64,000 nucleotides of DNA, from NCBI GenBank assembly GCA_963514005.1, contig OY740810.1, positions 19,654,001 to 19,718,000 of the forward strand. The letters run 5' to 3'. A program made the translations under genes and the position numbers. Of this stretch, positions 36,946 through 50,271 are shown piece after piece (positions within the stretch are counted from its first letter, which is position 1; every line of letters starts with the position of its first letter). The notes under the pieces are model-generated. The model was not told the origin of the DNA. It saw only the letters and a list, made by a program, of their open reading frames with translations, and made no database searches. Source of the DNA: Raja brachyura (Eukaryota).

Positions 36946-38107
36946 AGTCCCGCCCCGTCTCCCACTTGCATCTGCCCCCTCTCTCTCTCTCTCTTTGTTA
37001 CACCCCGCTTTCCCGCTACCTGGCACCCCCGTTCCTCAGATTAAATATTTTTTTACACATAAATTATGAATAAAGATAAGAATTTATACACAGTTTATAC
37101 AGCCAGTGCTTCGTTCGCTTATTCTTTATCACGAATGACCTTTAACAAATCCCATGATTCCTGGCGTTTTTCGGAATACCGAACTTGCATATTGCCACTC
37201 AGTATCTCTTTAATGCGGTTAACCATGAACACTATGGGCCACAGGGCTTTTTTCACTGTTTGCCCAATTGTTAATTGTCATACAAATTGGAGTAACCCTT
37301 TGATGGTTGGGATTGGCATCTTGCCATTTTCAAGATGCAATTTGAATAACAATAACCACCTAGAGTGCCACCTCTCATCTCAGCAGCTTTCTGTTCCACC
37401 TGAAAAAAATAATGTCAGCCCTTTCCCTTCTCTCTTCATCCCGCCAAGTGACAAAGACACATCTGCCTTACCTTTTGAGTTTCTGGAACAAAACGTCCAC
37501 GATTTCAGGCAACAGCTCTTGTCGCCTGACCCAAAGGAAATTGTATTTCCTCAGCCTGGCATTCAGCCAGCACAAAGAAAGCAAACCACACGATTAGCAA
37601 GAGTAGCGACAAGAGGTGATGGTAAAGTGCCGGAAGTACTGAGCAATCAGACAGCAATAGGCGAGAGAGAAAAATAGATGAGCTTTTAAAGAAAGACAGA
37701 CGGTGTTTATCACAGTCATTTACCCACAACATTAACCCTTTCTCTCTCCACAGATGCAGCCTGAGCTTCTGAGTATTTCCAGCAACTGCAGCATTTTGCT
37801 TTGTGGAAGGACAAACAAGTTGTGCAAAATGGTGAACCGTTCATTGATAAGTGTGGAAGAAAAACATTGATATCCTAATATCCCAAAATGCCTTTCAGAT
37901 TAATAGAATCTTGAAGAACCCAAATGTATGTGGCGGCCATTAGCAGCATAGAAAAATCTCAAACAACAGCAAACTAATTGTTCAATTTGATGGTCTGAGG
38001 ATGTATGTGACCAGGACAGAATGTTTCAAAAGGCGCATGATTTCTTATATTTATTGGAAGGGGAACATACAGATAAAGCCATACAGAACCAGGCTTGCCC
38101 ATGCTGC

Positions 38108-38197
38108 CTGAAGAAGGGTCTCGACCCGAAACGTCGCCTATATCCTTCGCTCCTTAGATGCTGCTGCACCTGCTGAGTTTCTCCAGCCTTTTGTGTA
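38108..38197 (+). mobile_element. Short Penelope-derived insertion beginning at the hammerhead-like core
   Basis: ctgaagaagggtctcgacccgaaacgtc..tttgtgta, flanked by cccatg(c/g)tgcc duplications at 38098-38108 and 38198-38208. Confidence 0.85.
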
Positions 38198-39394
38198 CCC
38201 ATGGTGCCCCATTTACATGTTCCAGCGTTTGGCCCACATCCCTCCAAACCTTTCCTATCCAATGCGTAATTAAACTGTATATCTATAATTTGTAGAATAG
38301 TTCTGTAAAATAGGGCATAAGCTTTCAATTTAATATGCACCCAACTAATGTCCATTAGTTGAGACTTGTACCATTGCCAAGTCTCTACGATTTATTCAGA
38401 GTACTGCAGTGGCAGGCTAAAATTATTACTTGCAAATGATCCCTATCACGGCTTATACAGAAAATGGAGGGTATATATATGTCACGTAGAATAAGTCAGA
38501 ACTTAGATCCTTCTCAGTATTTTCAGCCAACATAGTGAATTGTGTTAAATATATACAAATAATGGGGAAAGTCGAGGGGGAGAGAGCGAGAGAGAGACTG
38601 TTCAGCGTTGGTGTTTTATTAGACCATAAGCTGAGCTTCCAAACCTACATACTCTCAATCGTTAATGCCAGCCAATTGTATCTGCAAAACAATAACTAAC
38701 TCACCTGTCAGAACATCTATTGTTAACCAATGCCTTTAACCCACTACTGTGTTCTTTAAAGTTTCCACAGGTGACTACTGCAGTGCTGTAGGTGCTGTGA
38801 ATCACAGAAACAGATTCTTTGGCCCAACCCTTTCACACCAACCAAGTTTTCATTCTGGGACAGTCTCATTCACCTGCATTTGGTCCATATGCCTCGCAGC
38901 GCTTCCAATCCCTATTGCTTATATCTCTGGTTTATCATTCACCCTCAATAGACTCAAATGCACCAAAACTCTGCCCTTAAACTCGCAGGGCTTCATTCAC
39001 TAGTACCCCTGTGTTGCTGAACTGCACCGTCTCCTGGCACCAATGCAACATTAAATAGTTTAACTTACTCCTTGGCCTTGCCTGTCCCACTCACCCCTAT
39101 TTCTGTACCCTCCTCCTTACCAAAAACACTGTTCCTCCATTCTCGCCTCTTTGCAACTCTAATTTGTTCAAGACTGGCAATCATTCTTTGAGTTTTCAAA
39201 TTCCAAAGCTCTGGAATTTCTTCAAGTTTCTCTCTGCAACATCAATCAACTTTAAGCTGCTCCTTCAAACCCATCTCAGTCTTGGTATCAAGCATGAATA
39301 ACAGACGTCAATATCACTATTATTCCCAGTATTATTGAGCAGATGGATTGTATAATCTTTAGATTAAGTGGTATTAGAGAATGGACTTAATTAG

Positions 39395-39782
39395 GTCAGA
39401 AATAGACAATAGGTGTAGGAGTAGGCCATTCGGCCCTACGAGACAGCACCACCATTCACTGTGATCATGGCTGATCATCCCCAAACAGTACCCCATTCTT
39501 GCCTTCTCCGCATATCCCTGACTCTGCTATTTTTAAGAGCCCTATCTAGCTCTTGAAAACATCCAGAGAACTTACCTCCACCACCCTCTGAGGCAGAGAA
39601 TTCCACAGACTTACCACTCACTGTGAGAAAAAGTGTTTCCTCATCTCCATTCTAAATGGCTTACTCCTTATTCTTAAACTGTGGCCCCTGGTTCTGGACT
39701 CCCCCAACATCGGGAACATGTTTCCTGCCTCTAGCATGTCCAAACCTTTAACAATCTTATATGTTTCAATGAGATCCCCTCG
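39395..39782 (-). mobile_element. CR1 3' fragment
   Basis: Parallels 3915-4310 (gtaggccattcggccc, tgatcatggctgatcatcc, ctgtggcccctggttctggac). Confidence 0.88.
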
Positions 39783-42349
39783 CTCAATTCAAACATTTAT
39801 ATTCTCACGTCTCATTACAAATTCCTGCCTAAATTCTCTCAACCACACCTCAACTTCGGGCTGATTGGGCACGCTAACAGAATAAAATGCATCTGTAAAA
39901 ACAATCAGTTCAGACCTGGCACTATGAAAACACATTCTGTTCCTCAAGCCTGGTCCATAATTAATATCCTGGTTGATCTGACTAACGTCAACTCTGCATT
40001 CCAAACTACCTCTGCCAAAATTTTGCCCTTTGCTTATCAATTAATCCATTTACCTCTTCCTCAAAAGTCACATTCTTTAAAAAAAAGTGACTTTTCAAGA
40101 AAAGACCCAGCAGAAGGTCACATGGCAATACTGATGCCAATGCAAGCTTTTCCATCCTATTCCCCTCCAATACTGAGCCGAGAATTTACACAATAACAGT
40201 AACAATAAGTAATGTTGTAACCTGTGAGGACTGACATGACACAATGGTGTTAAAAGGAGAAACACCACTGCTCCTTTCATCGAGTGAATTCATCTCAAAG
40301 TGCTTTACCAAAGAAGAAGGGTCTCGACCTGAAATATCACCCATTCCTTCTCCACAGAGATGCTGCCTGTCCCGCTGGGTTACTCCGGCACTTTGTGTCT
40401 ATTTTAAGTTTTATTGACTGCTCTAACGTGGAAAGTATTTATTGAACTAATCTTCCACAATTTGATAACCAGAAAGTTCTATTTTAAGGATGGCATGAAG
40501 ATAGTTCAATGAGATCTTTACACTCAATCTGAGACAGAGGACCTAAAGCACCTCATGTGGAACAGCTGCGCCAACAGAGCCACAGCTGCGAGAAATAACA
40601 GGCATTTCTATGCTTTATAATGATATGATTATTTTAAGTTGCAGCTGCAAATTTTACCTCTAGAGCACGGATTTCTCGGAAAATAATGGCAGTAAAATAA
40701 ACTGCTGGAGAAACTGAGCAGGCTGAGCAACATCTGTGGGGGGAAAGGGATTATCCATGTTTTAGATCAAAACCCTGCATCAGGATTGGAAAAGCCTGCA
40801 GACAAGTCAATTGGATTTTATCCGCAGGATACTCACTGTTTCAGAAGGTTCAGACTTTCCTCATTACCCTGGATGATCAAAAAAGGTTTTGGGTGCAAAG
40901 GAGAAAAAAGTTATAAGCTAGAAAATGGGCAATTGAACTGTGCACCATACTGATAAATTGTATCTATCCCTCAATGTTTAAAATGTGGTAATGTCCTACG
41001 AGTATAGGTAGCACCAATCCACAAATGTGATTTCACGTCTCCCTGCCTGTGATCTGCTTTTAACACAGAGGCTGTTGCCATGGCTACAATGCACATCTTG
41101 ACCATGCACAAGATTTGGTTAATGCATTAGAGGTCAGACCAGTGAGCACTACCACTCATTCACATCAAAGCAAACCTTAACTGGAATGTTGACGCCTGGT
41201 TAGGTGTCTGATGACTTTCAGGTAAGTCCTCCTTCACTCCAAGGTCCTCCATACCCCACATTGTCTTTTCCTGATCTGGTCTAAAGTAGCTCCCCATGCT
41301 TGACTTGTTCAGTGGAACTGTGGCTCAAGACAGGTTAGAGGTTTAAAGTTTTATGCTAGGGCATGGGGACAAACACAACTGCCATGCCAGCGAATAATAA
41401 GAGTTAAAAGGTCCCACCTTTTTTGTTTAACATTCTTCTCTGATTAACTGGCTGGTTTAACTTGCTTAAGAGATCTTGTGTTTAAAATCCTGTGTTGTGG
41501 TGGTTAGTGTGGCCAAAGGCAGGCAGTGTGTCATATAAATTCAAACCTAGCTTTTTCCCATCACAACCCTGCTCAATGTGTCCAATGTTTTGTTGGCGAA
41601 TGTGATTTTTTTTTGGTGAAAGAATGACCTGGGCTAAATGTTTTTTTTGCACTGAGTCAAAGCTTTCAACTATAGCTGCACAAACAAAAGCACATAAGTG
41701 GACACTTGTTACATTTTAGGTTGTCTTGCTGCAAAACAGATTTAAGGTCAATTTGGGTGAGAAAAACAGCAAAATTATCCTTTAGGGCTCGTTTTTCTCA
41801 CACAAACCTAATAGCAGGTGATTTAAAAACGGGGCATTCCTTGCAATCTATATAAAAATGACTAAACTACTCTCACTGTGCAGGTTTTCAAGTGCCAGGA
41901 CTCAGCATTGATTAATGCTAAGAGTTCCAAATCCAGTTAACAGCACCTTCACGTCTTCTGACAATCAGTGACAATTACAGCAAAGTAGTCTGGCAGTCAG
42001 TTTAGAGATTCAGAAGCATTGCATCTGGTCAGTTGCACATATTGAAGCATTGGTACTGCCAAATGACTGCCACAATCAATGCAACCATTCCTCAACTAGC
42101 ACAGAAAGTAGTTGAAGGTACACTACTGAACAAGGTAGTAAATGTCACAGGGCAATTCAACTTTGGAAAGCTGTTACTAAAGAATGGGTTTCAGTAAACA
42201 AACGGCACAATCTATAGCAAACAAGCTTCCATCAAACGGAAATGCAAATTTATCCTAGCAACCTCAAAATGGTTCAGCTGATGATGGTAAAGAGCAATGA
42301 GACACAAGTGCACAAAAGATTAGCTGAAGGAATAACAGACCTGAAGACA

Positions 42350-42580
42350 ACTGCAAACTGGCCCGACTGCAGTCTGTAGGAGTACTTGCTGAGGGACACA
42401 CTGAAGCTTGGTGCAGCCAATGCCAAGGCCCTGTGGGGGAGGAACACAGTCTAGGATCCTTCCGCTGCTGGTCATAAGGTGGGCAGGGTGTGGTGGAGAT
42501 GCCCCTCAAAAAATAAGGGAAGGAATTCCACGCCAGTGGGCCACATGAATAGCAAGAACTGAGATAATATGGCATTTTAT
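42350..42580 (+). mobile_element. L1/Tx1-like LINE 3' fragment
   Basis: L*EYLLRDTLKLGAANAKALWGRNTV* followed by a 3'UTR homologous to 49974-50271(-). Confidence 0.65.
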
Positions 42581-45500
42581 TTAAAATGCCACTTTGTGGT
42601 AAATGGAACTAAATTCACAATATTGACAATGATCCCACGGGAGCTGAATACCCAATGTTCAAAACTCACAGGCAAAGGTTAGCTGGTGTCCATGCTCAGC
42701 TACAATTGGCCTTAGTACCCACAGCCTAGGAAGAACTGTATCGCATTGTGATTTTCTGGGCCTTCAGTTTTGCTGACCTTTCTCCTCAAATGGTCTATAT
42801 ACTGAGGCCACATGAGACCTGGCTGTCACATACATTGTCATTTAACATGAATGTTGCTGGAGCCTTAGAAGCAGCATGGTCCTCAGCAAGAAAAGCAGGA
42901 TGAAGAGAACTTTAAGTGTGAGATATACCTTACCTGAGGGCATAATAGTGGGCCGTTGATGAAAACGATGGAATCTCATGATAGGCTGAAGGTCTCTGTG
43001 TACGTGTGGTGGAGGAGATCCAACTACTGTCCAATTTTGCTGCCTTATATTGGTTTGCAGAAGTGTTTGCATCTGCCTTGGTATTCCAAGTTGGCCCAGC
43101 TGCAGGAGGAGTGGTTTGTCTGGACAGCTACTGTTTTAGGAACTTCTGCCATGGCAAGAGATCCCATGTTTTTTATGAAATTCTGCAGGTGCTATACATA
43201 TCTGTCCCAAAGGTCTTCAACAAAACAAAAATGTGTTGGAGATACTATACAGATCAAACAGCATATGTGGGGAGAGAAATAGGGCTAATGTTTCTGGCTA
43301 AAGAACCTTCATCAGGAATAGGAAGTCTGTTTTAAGGAGGTCTGGGCACCACTTTATTCTTTATTGTGGAGATTTGATCAACTGATGGCTTGTTGGGACA
43401 TTTTACTTGTCAGTAACAGGCAATTTAGTCTGTAAGTTTAGAGTCTTTAAGGCAGAGCTGTCAAGACTAAAGACTAGTGATCACGATATGTTTGCTGAGT
43501 CAGTTATTTCAATGCAGACATTTAAGAATTGACTGAATTTAAAGCCCACACCTGCTGTGATGCCATTTACACAAGTAAGCAGAATAGTTGCCCAGGGCTC
43601 AAGGTAACTACCTTGCCACCGTAGTCATTGCATCATTGACATGGCAAAACTGGGGAAAATAGATTTCACCCAAGATACATATCTATCAATAAAAACAAAT
43701 CCTTCCTGACAAATCTTCTGACCTAATCAGGTTACTCCTGCATACGCTCCTGGATAATCTGGAAGATGTTCAGTTATATTGAGGATCACTGCAAGAAGTC
43801 TTTACCAAATGTCTATTGTTTCCACCATTTCTGAATACACAGCTGCTCTCACAGCACAAAAGCCACGCAGTCTTTCAATATCACAGCTGAAAGGTGAATA
43901 CAGCATCAGCCTAAAGACAGGAGAAGGTTTAACACTTCAAATGCTGGCTCATAATTGAAGTAGGATCCATCTAAGGAAACAAGCAAAATGAGAATACCAC
44001 TGGCTGGTGCCCATACCCCCACTTCCCAGGTATTAGCCAGGGGGGCATTCAGTGCCTCAATGTACCATTCTAAGGGCTTATCTAAATAGTTTATTTTGGT
44101 TCCAAAATCTCTGCGCATCTATCTTTCAACTGCAACCTGAAATGGAGCTGATTGCACCCACAGCTGCAGCCTCAAGGCAGAGAATACCACATTTCTAATT
44201 TATCTCAGAAAAGACACTTCCTAATTGTTTACTTTTATGATGCAGCAATACTTACTTACATGTATATAGTACCTTCATTTTATAAAACAAGTTGCACCAT
44301 AGATACATTGTGAAATTTGATACCATCGCATCAGGAAAGGTAAGTTAACGGGAAATTTGGTTTAAGAAGTGGGCTCAAGGAATCTTAGAGAGAATAGTCA
44401 AGGCAATTGCTGTGAAGATTTGCTTCTTGGGGCAAATTTAGAACTGGGGGCATTCTTAAGATAAGAGTCCACTATTTAAGATGAAGATGAGGGATTTCTC
44501 AGAGGACAGCAGTCCTTTGGAATTCTGTTTCAGTGAACTGTGAATGCAGAGTTGTTGGAAATAACTAATGTTAAGATCGCTTCCTCTATAGTCCAAAAAT
44601 CGAGCAGGCAGCTGGGACCAGATCAGCAGATTTTGTTGAGTGTTGGCTAAAGGGGCTACCTAGCCTACACTTGCCATTTATATTTGAGCTACAATGTCAA
44701 AATGAACCCGCAATGAAAGTACGTTACACTTGGAGTTATAGGTGATAAAACACACTGGAGCACCAGCTGCATAGAACAGCTTTGCATGGTATTCTTCATC
44801 CCTCCCTGGAATGTCACCTGAAGGCCTAAAGGCAGGTCAGAACAAGACCTCAGCAGGAAACATGAACATCAATTTTGCCAGAGCACCATTTTGTCTAAAT
44901 CACCTTGAACCTTAAGTTTCAAATGTCATTCAACCTTGCACTCTGTGTTAATATGAAGACAAGAAAATTAGAGCGGGAAAGAAAAGCATATTAGTGGAAA
45001 TCTGTAATTAAACTGTAATAGTACATGAAGACAATAATCAACTAAAAGTGAAAAGCAGGGGTACACTTTAAATGTTCAATTGTCCTCTTCATCAGACTCT
45101 AAACGGAAGGGAATGTGATCAGAGTGGATAATTGTTTCATGCCATTTTGCTGGGGGAGAGTTGAGTAGAGATAAGACAAGAGTGATATTCACATTTCTAG
45201 CTGCCTTACCTCCATTTGGGACCAGACTGCATAAAGACAAAGAACCCCTAATTATAAAGTGCCCCTCACAATATTTAGACAAATGTACTTTACAGCTAAC
45301 AATGCAAGGCTTTAACTCACACACCAATACCAATGAAATAAGCAAATGTTTCAGGTTATCTATTTGAGCACTCAATTTTCATGCTTCTTTGAAAGAGCGG
45401 CACTCAAGCATATGGAGCCTTGCTTACCCAGTAGAGCCATGGATAATAAAATCAGCCAGGACTCTTCCTGCTATGGTTGGGCAAGAAATCGATGCAGAAT

Positions 45501-47997
45501 CATACCAGAAATGTATGGACAATTCAACAACAGTTCAGAATAACTGGAGGTTCCTTGAACGGCAGAGAAAATTGTTCCAGCTCATAACCCAGTGATATTT
45601 AGCCGCGCTGTTACCATAAGCAACAGTGATAAATGATCAACTACACCAATGTGCCAAAGCTTGCTGAGCTGAATTCCCAAATCCCCAGCCTTCCATTCTG
45701 AATTCTGGAAGGGTAACTGGTGCATGTGAATAGAATCACAAAATGTTTCACACTCTGGTTTGGTCTAGTCCTTCTGTTGTGCTAGCTCAAAGCTCTCACC
45801 TCCCTGCCCAACAGCTTTCAAACGGACAGGTTAAAGGTGAGGGGGGCAAATCAGGCACACAAATCAGGCCGGCAACAGCAAAATGCAAAGAACAAATTAA
45901 ATTTTGCTAGAGAATGAAATCAGAACAAATCTTGTCTGGTGCCTAATATGTTGACATTTAGCCGATTTAACCCACTGAAAGGCATGTTTTGAAGAAACAA
46001 TAATTTAAAGAGCGCAGTAGCACTAGGTCAAATAACAGTGTTTGGCTGAAGAGAACAGAGTGCAGCATTGATTACAGTTTGCTGATCCTCTGGGGCAGCT
46101 TTTTGAGGTGGATTTTGAGATCTTTTAATGCAAGATAATCCTATCACAGTATTTTATCAATACATCGGAGGGCAGGCTGGCTGTTAAATATTGGGTGGTT
46201 TAACCCTTTTGGTAACAAATATCCACAGCCTAATAAATTAATAGTTTCATGTCTTCCGAAACAGCCAATAAATATTTCTCTTTATCCACCCTGCGTTTCT
46301 CCAGCAAAGTACTTTTACTTTTTACCAGCAAAAATAGTGCAAATGTTCTTACAGTGGTATTTCTAGTTTGATATTTTGCAGCACTTTCCCAAAGGTTCCT
46401 TTACATGCATGTGCTTTATTCTCAGATCAAAAATGGAAGACTCAAACCTGCGGGTACAATCTGCTGGAATAACTCAGCGGGTCAGGCAACATCTCTGGAG
46501 AGCATGGATATGTGACAGTTTGGGTCGGGTGCCGAACACCCACTCATGTTCTCCAGAGATGCTGCATGACTTGCTGAGTTACTTCAGCACTGCTTATTTT
46601 TGTGTAAACCGGCATCTGGGTTTCCTTATTTCTACATTTAGATGCACTTGCATTTGCTTTCAAGTTTTAGTCCTTCATAAGGTCATAAGTGATAGGAGCA
46701 GAATGAAGCCTTTCGGTCCATCAAGTATACTCCACCATTCAATCATGGCCGATCCATCTCTCCCTCCTAACCCCATTCTCCTGCCTTCTCCCCATAATCT
46801 TTAACACCCATACTAATCAATAATCTATACCTCTGCCTTCTCCGCATCTCAGTGCCTTCAATCACCTCTAGATTGAAATACTCCCTCAGAACATATTCCA
46901 CTTATTTGTTGATACCCCACAAGTGTCAACTTTACATCGGCAACCCAGGCACTGATTGTTAATGGTCTATTCATTCATGAACAGCATTACAATAGTTCCA
47001 GGTCCAATCTATATCTAATGCACAAATGAGCATCTTCTAATGGAGACAAAGCATGAATACGACCACAGGGGCAGCTTCCTTTGACCTGCACCAACTGCAG
47101 AAACCAACTTTTACCTGGCAGTGATGAATTGACCCAACAGACTGGGGTTGTATCAAATATCAATCACAGGCTTAAACGAGTGCCTTATCTATCCCTGCAG
47201 TGAACTTTATATTTTCATAGCATGCTGGACAATGAATTGATGTGGAAATTACCCCAAGGGGCAATAATCAGAATGTGTTCATGCATAATTGTCCAGAATT
47301 CTAACTTTTGATAAGTGTTCAATATTGATGAAATGCAGTTCCATTGATGACTATCCTCAAGATGTGATTATTCTTCATGCTAGCCCTGCCTGTTACATTA
47401 AGATTATTCCACTAAGGCTAGTTCAGTTGAGGCTGGCCCCGTACTCAATGCTTGTACACAATCTCTCAGCACAAAGTTTTCAGTTCCTTAACCCATGAGC
47501 ATTCAGGCTGTTGCACCCGTCACAGGGCCTGTCATCAGTTTAACTCTGCACTGAGTTGGAATAATTCATTTATTGTTCATAAACCAAGGCAACATGTGAG
47601 CCACGGGACTATAAATAATCAAGACAATAATACCAGTTATAATCTCTCAAAAATCCATTAGTTCTCTCCTGCTCGGGAGTAATCCCACTTTATCACTGAG
47701 ATGCATTGAAATGCCTGAGAGGTGTTCACTTTAAGCTTTTAAGATGAACTTGGACAGTTCTCTGGCCAACAAATTACACTGTAATGTACTTAAATTACAA
47801 TGTTTTAAAACCACTTTGCCACATGACTTTTACTGTGCTGGCCAATTTGGATATGTGGGATCTTACTGGGTGGCTGATTTCTGGACTATGAAAACACGTA
47901 AGAGCACATTAATCTGAAGTCAGTGAGAACAGTTTGTGCTGTAAGATATTAATTTATGCACAATATATGAAGGAAATGCAAGGAGGCAACGATTTCC

Positions 47998-48278
47998 TAT
48001 TTAATTTAGAGATACAGCGTAGAAACAGGCCCTTCGGCCCACCAGAGCCACGCCGACCAACGATCCCTGCACATTAACACTATCCTAAACCCACTAGGGA
48101 CAATTTTTACATTTACCAAGCCAATTAACTGTACATCTTTGAAGTGTGGGAGGAAACCGAAGATCTCTGAGAAAACTCAGAGGTCACGGGGAGAACGTAC
48201 AAACTCCGTATAGACAGCACCCGTAGTTGGGATCGAACCCGGGTCTCTAGTGCTGCATACTGCTGCTCCACCGTGACC
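47998..48278 (-). mobile_element. tRNA-derived V-SINE (HE1-like)
   Basis: Same structure as 15549-15868, with B box gggttcgatccc. Confidence 0.88.
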
Positions 48279-49973
48279 GCATTTAAACTTCATGTTGTAT
48301 TGGCACTTGGCAGCATTTCTGGGCATGAGATTTTCAGCGTTTAATTCTTTTAGGTATTCTTTATGCACATAATATGTTATGATTAAATGGTTTAAATCAC
48401 AGATTGTGGACATTACTGTCAAGGGCAGCATTTACTGCATATTCTAGTTGTCCAGGAAGGTGATGGTGAGCTGCCTTCCTGGACCACTGCCATTCGTGTG
48501 GCACAAGTAGCCGTACATTGCTATCGATTGGGGCATAATCCCAGAACACCCAGTCATGACGGAAACAAAATACATTTGAAGACAAGTTCATGAGAAACTT
48601 GAAAGAAGCTTGCGGGGTTATCATGTCCTTCCCGATTGTGGAAGCAAAAGTTTGGATTAGATATGGTGGAATGAGGAGCATTTCAACATAGCTCATTTTT
48701 GCACTTTAGCACCAACTTGATGCCAGTCTTTAAATCAGTTACTTTGACTAAAAATATTTTCTGACAGAGATTTCTGTGACAGTGACTTGAGGAGGGGGAA
48801 AAAATATCATAAGGTGACACTTCAAATGAGCCTAAAAGATCAGGTGCTCGGAAATTTTCTTGTTACAATAGTGCAATGTTTCACTTTACTGATCGAGTAA
48901 CAGACTTCAAGACTAATGACGTGGACTAACAAGTTCAAATCCCAACAATTTATATCCAGGTTAATTGTGAAAACTAATTTTGCACTTTTTCTTATAACTA
49001 ATTCATTGTGAAGTATATTGCCACAACTTCACTAATATCCATATTCAGAAAGGGATCGGCAGTCCTTACCTCGACTGTACTTTACCATTCCAGATCCAGT
49101 CCAATGCCTGCAAATGGTCCATGAAAACCTTTACAGCAAAACTGCTAGAAAGGAAAGAAAACTAAATGGATGACCCAGCATGTATCCAAGCACCACACTG
49201 TCAAAGCTCAACCAATTCTGCACAATTCCTGTTAATGAGGGGATGCCAAAATTGAGGGATGGGACAACAGTATGACATTGTTAATCCTGGCAACACCATG
49301 AAGGACCTGTCCAAAATAACACAGCCCTGAAGGACACGGCTTACAGATTGACCATTACAGGAAATGAAAAAAAGCACTGAGGGGAAGAAATAATGATCCT
49401 AATCTATTTATTGCCATTGCATCGATCACCTCAACACAGCTGTGCCTAACGTCTCCCGCCCCCAATTTTGGCACATCTTCATTAGTGAGAACCGTGCCGT
49501 GTGATTGACCCTAGACTGCATGTGGTGGATGGATCAATGCTATTGAAGTAGTCTATACAGATGGCTACTTCTGAAGTGTGGAGAAAAACTCCAGGTTCAC
49601 ATTGAGGATACCCTTTAACTTGAAATCATACACAGCTGTAGGGCAGAGAGTTCCTGGATTTATCTACAGTGACACTGAAGGAATGTCAATATACTTCTAT
49701 GTTAGGATGATCTGCAACTTTGATGGGAACCTGCAGGTGATGATGTACCTTGTCAGGGGTTTGAAAAGTGCTGCCAGAGTAGTGAGAGACATATGCTGAA
49801 TTGCATTGTGAGGATAACAGAAACTGCAGCAATGGAGCAGTTGCTGGAAGGAGTGCTCAGGGTAGAAACAAGGAACTGCAGATGCTGGTTTACACAAAAG
49901 GACACAAAATGCTGGAATAACTTAGTGGGTCAAGCAGCATCTATGGAGAACATGATAGGTGGTGTTTCGAGTT

Positions 49974-50271
49974 TTTTTTAAATATTTCAAAATAGACTTT
50001 ATTCAAGTAATAAATATATACAATACATCAACCGTGCGAAAAATCCATCCAACATTTTCGGAGGCTATACAAATTGCTCCATACAGTCTATACACATTTT
50101 TCAAATTTCGCGAATCGATCCCCCACCCGTGCCACTCATGTGGCCCCCCGGCATGGGATACCTTCCCTTATTTTGAGGGGCGTCTCCACCATACTGTGCC
50201 CCCCATGTCCAGCAGCGGAAGGACCTTAGACTGTGGCCCTCCCCCACCGAGCCTTGGCGTTGGCTGCACCG
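49974..50271 (-). mobile_element. 5'-truncated L1/Tx1-like insertion with poly(A) tail and 17-bp TSD, inside a Penelope-derived repeat
   Basis: Minus strand GAANAKARWGRATV*, AATAAA and A tail; TSD aggtggtgtttcgagtt at 49957-49973 and 50272-50288. Confidence 0.85.

Noticed and set aside
37066-37677. Longest ORF in the window (203 aa)
   Set aside because: No recognisable domain or compositional support; overlaps a likely minus-strand promoter region, so treated as a chance ORF.
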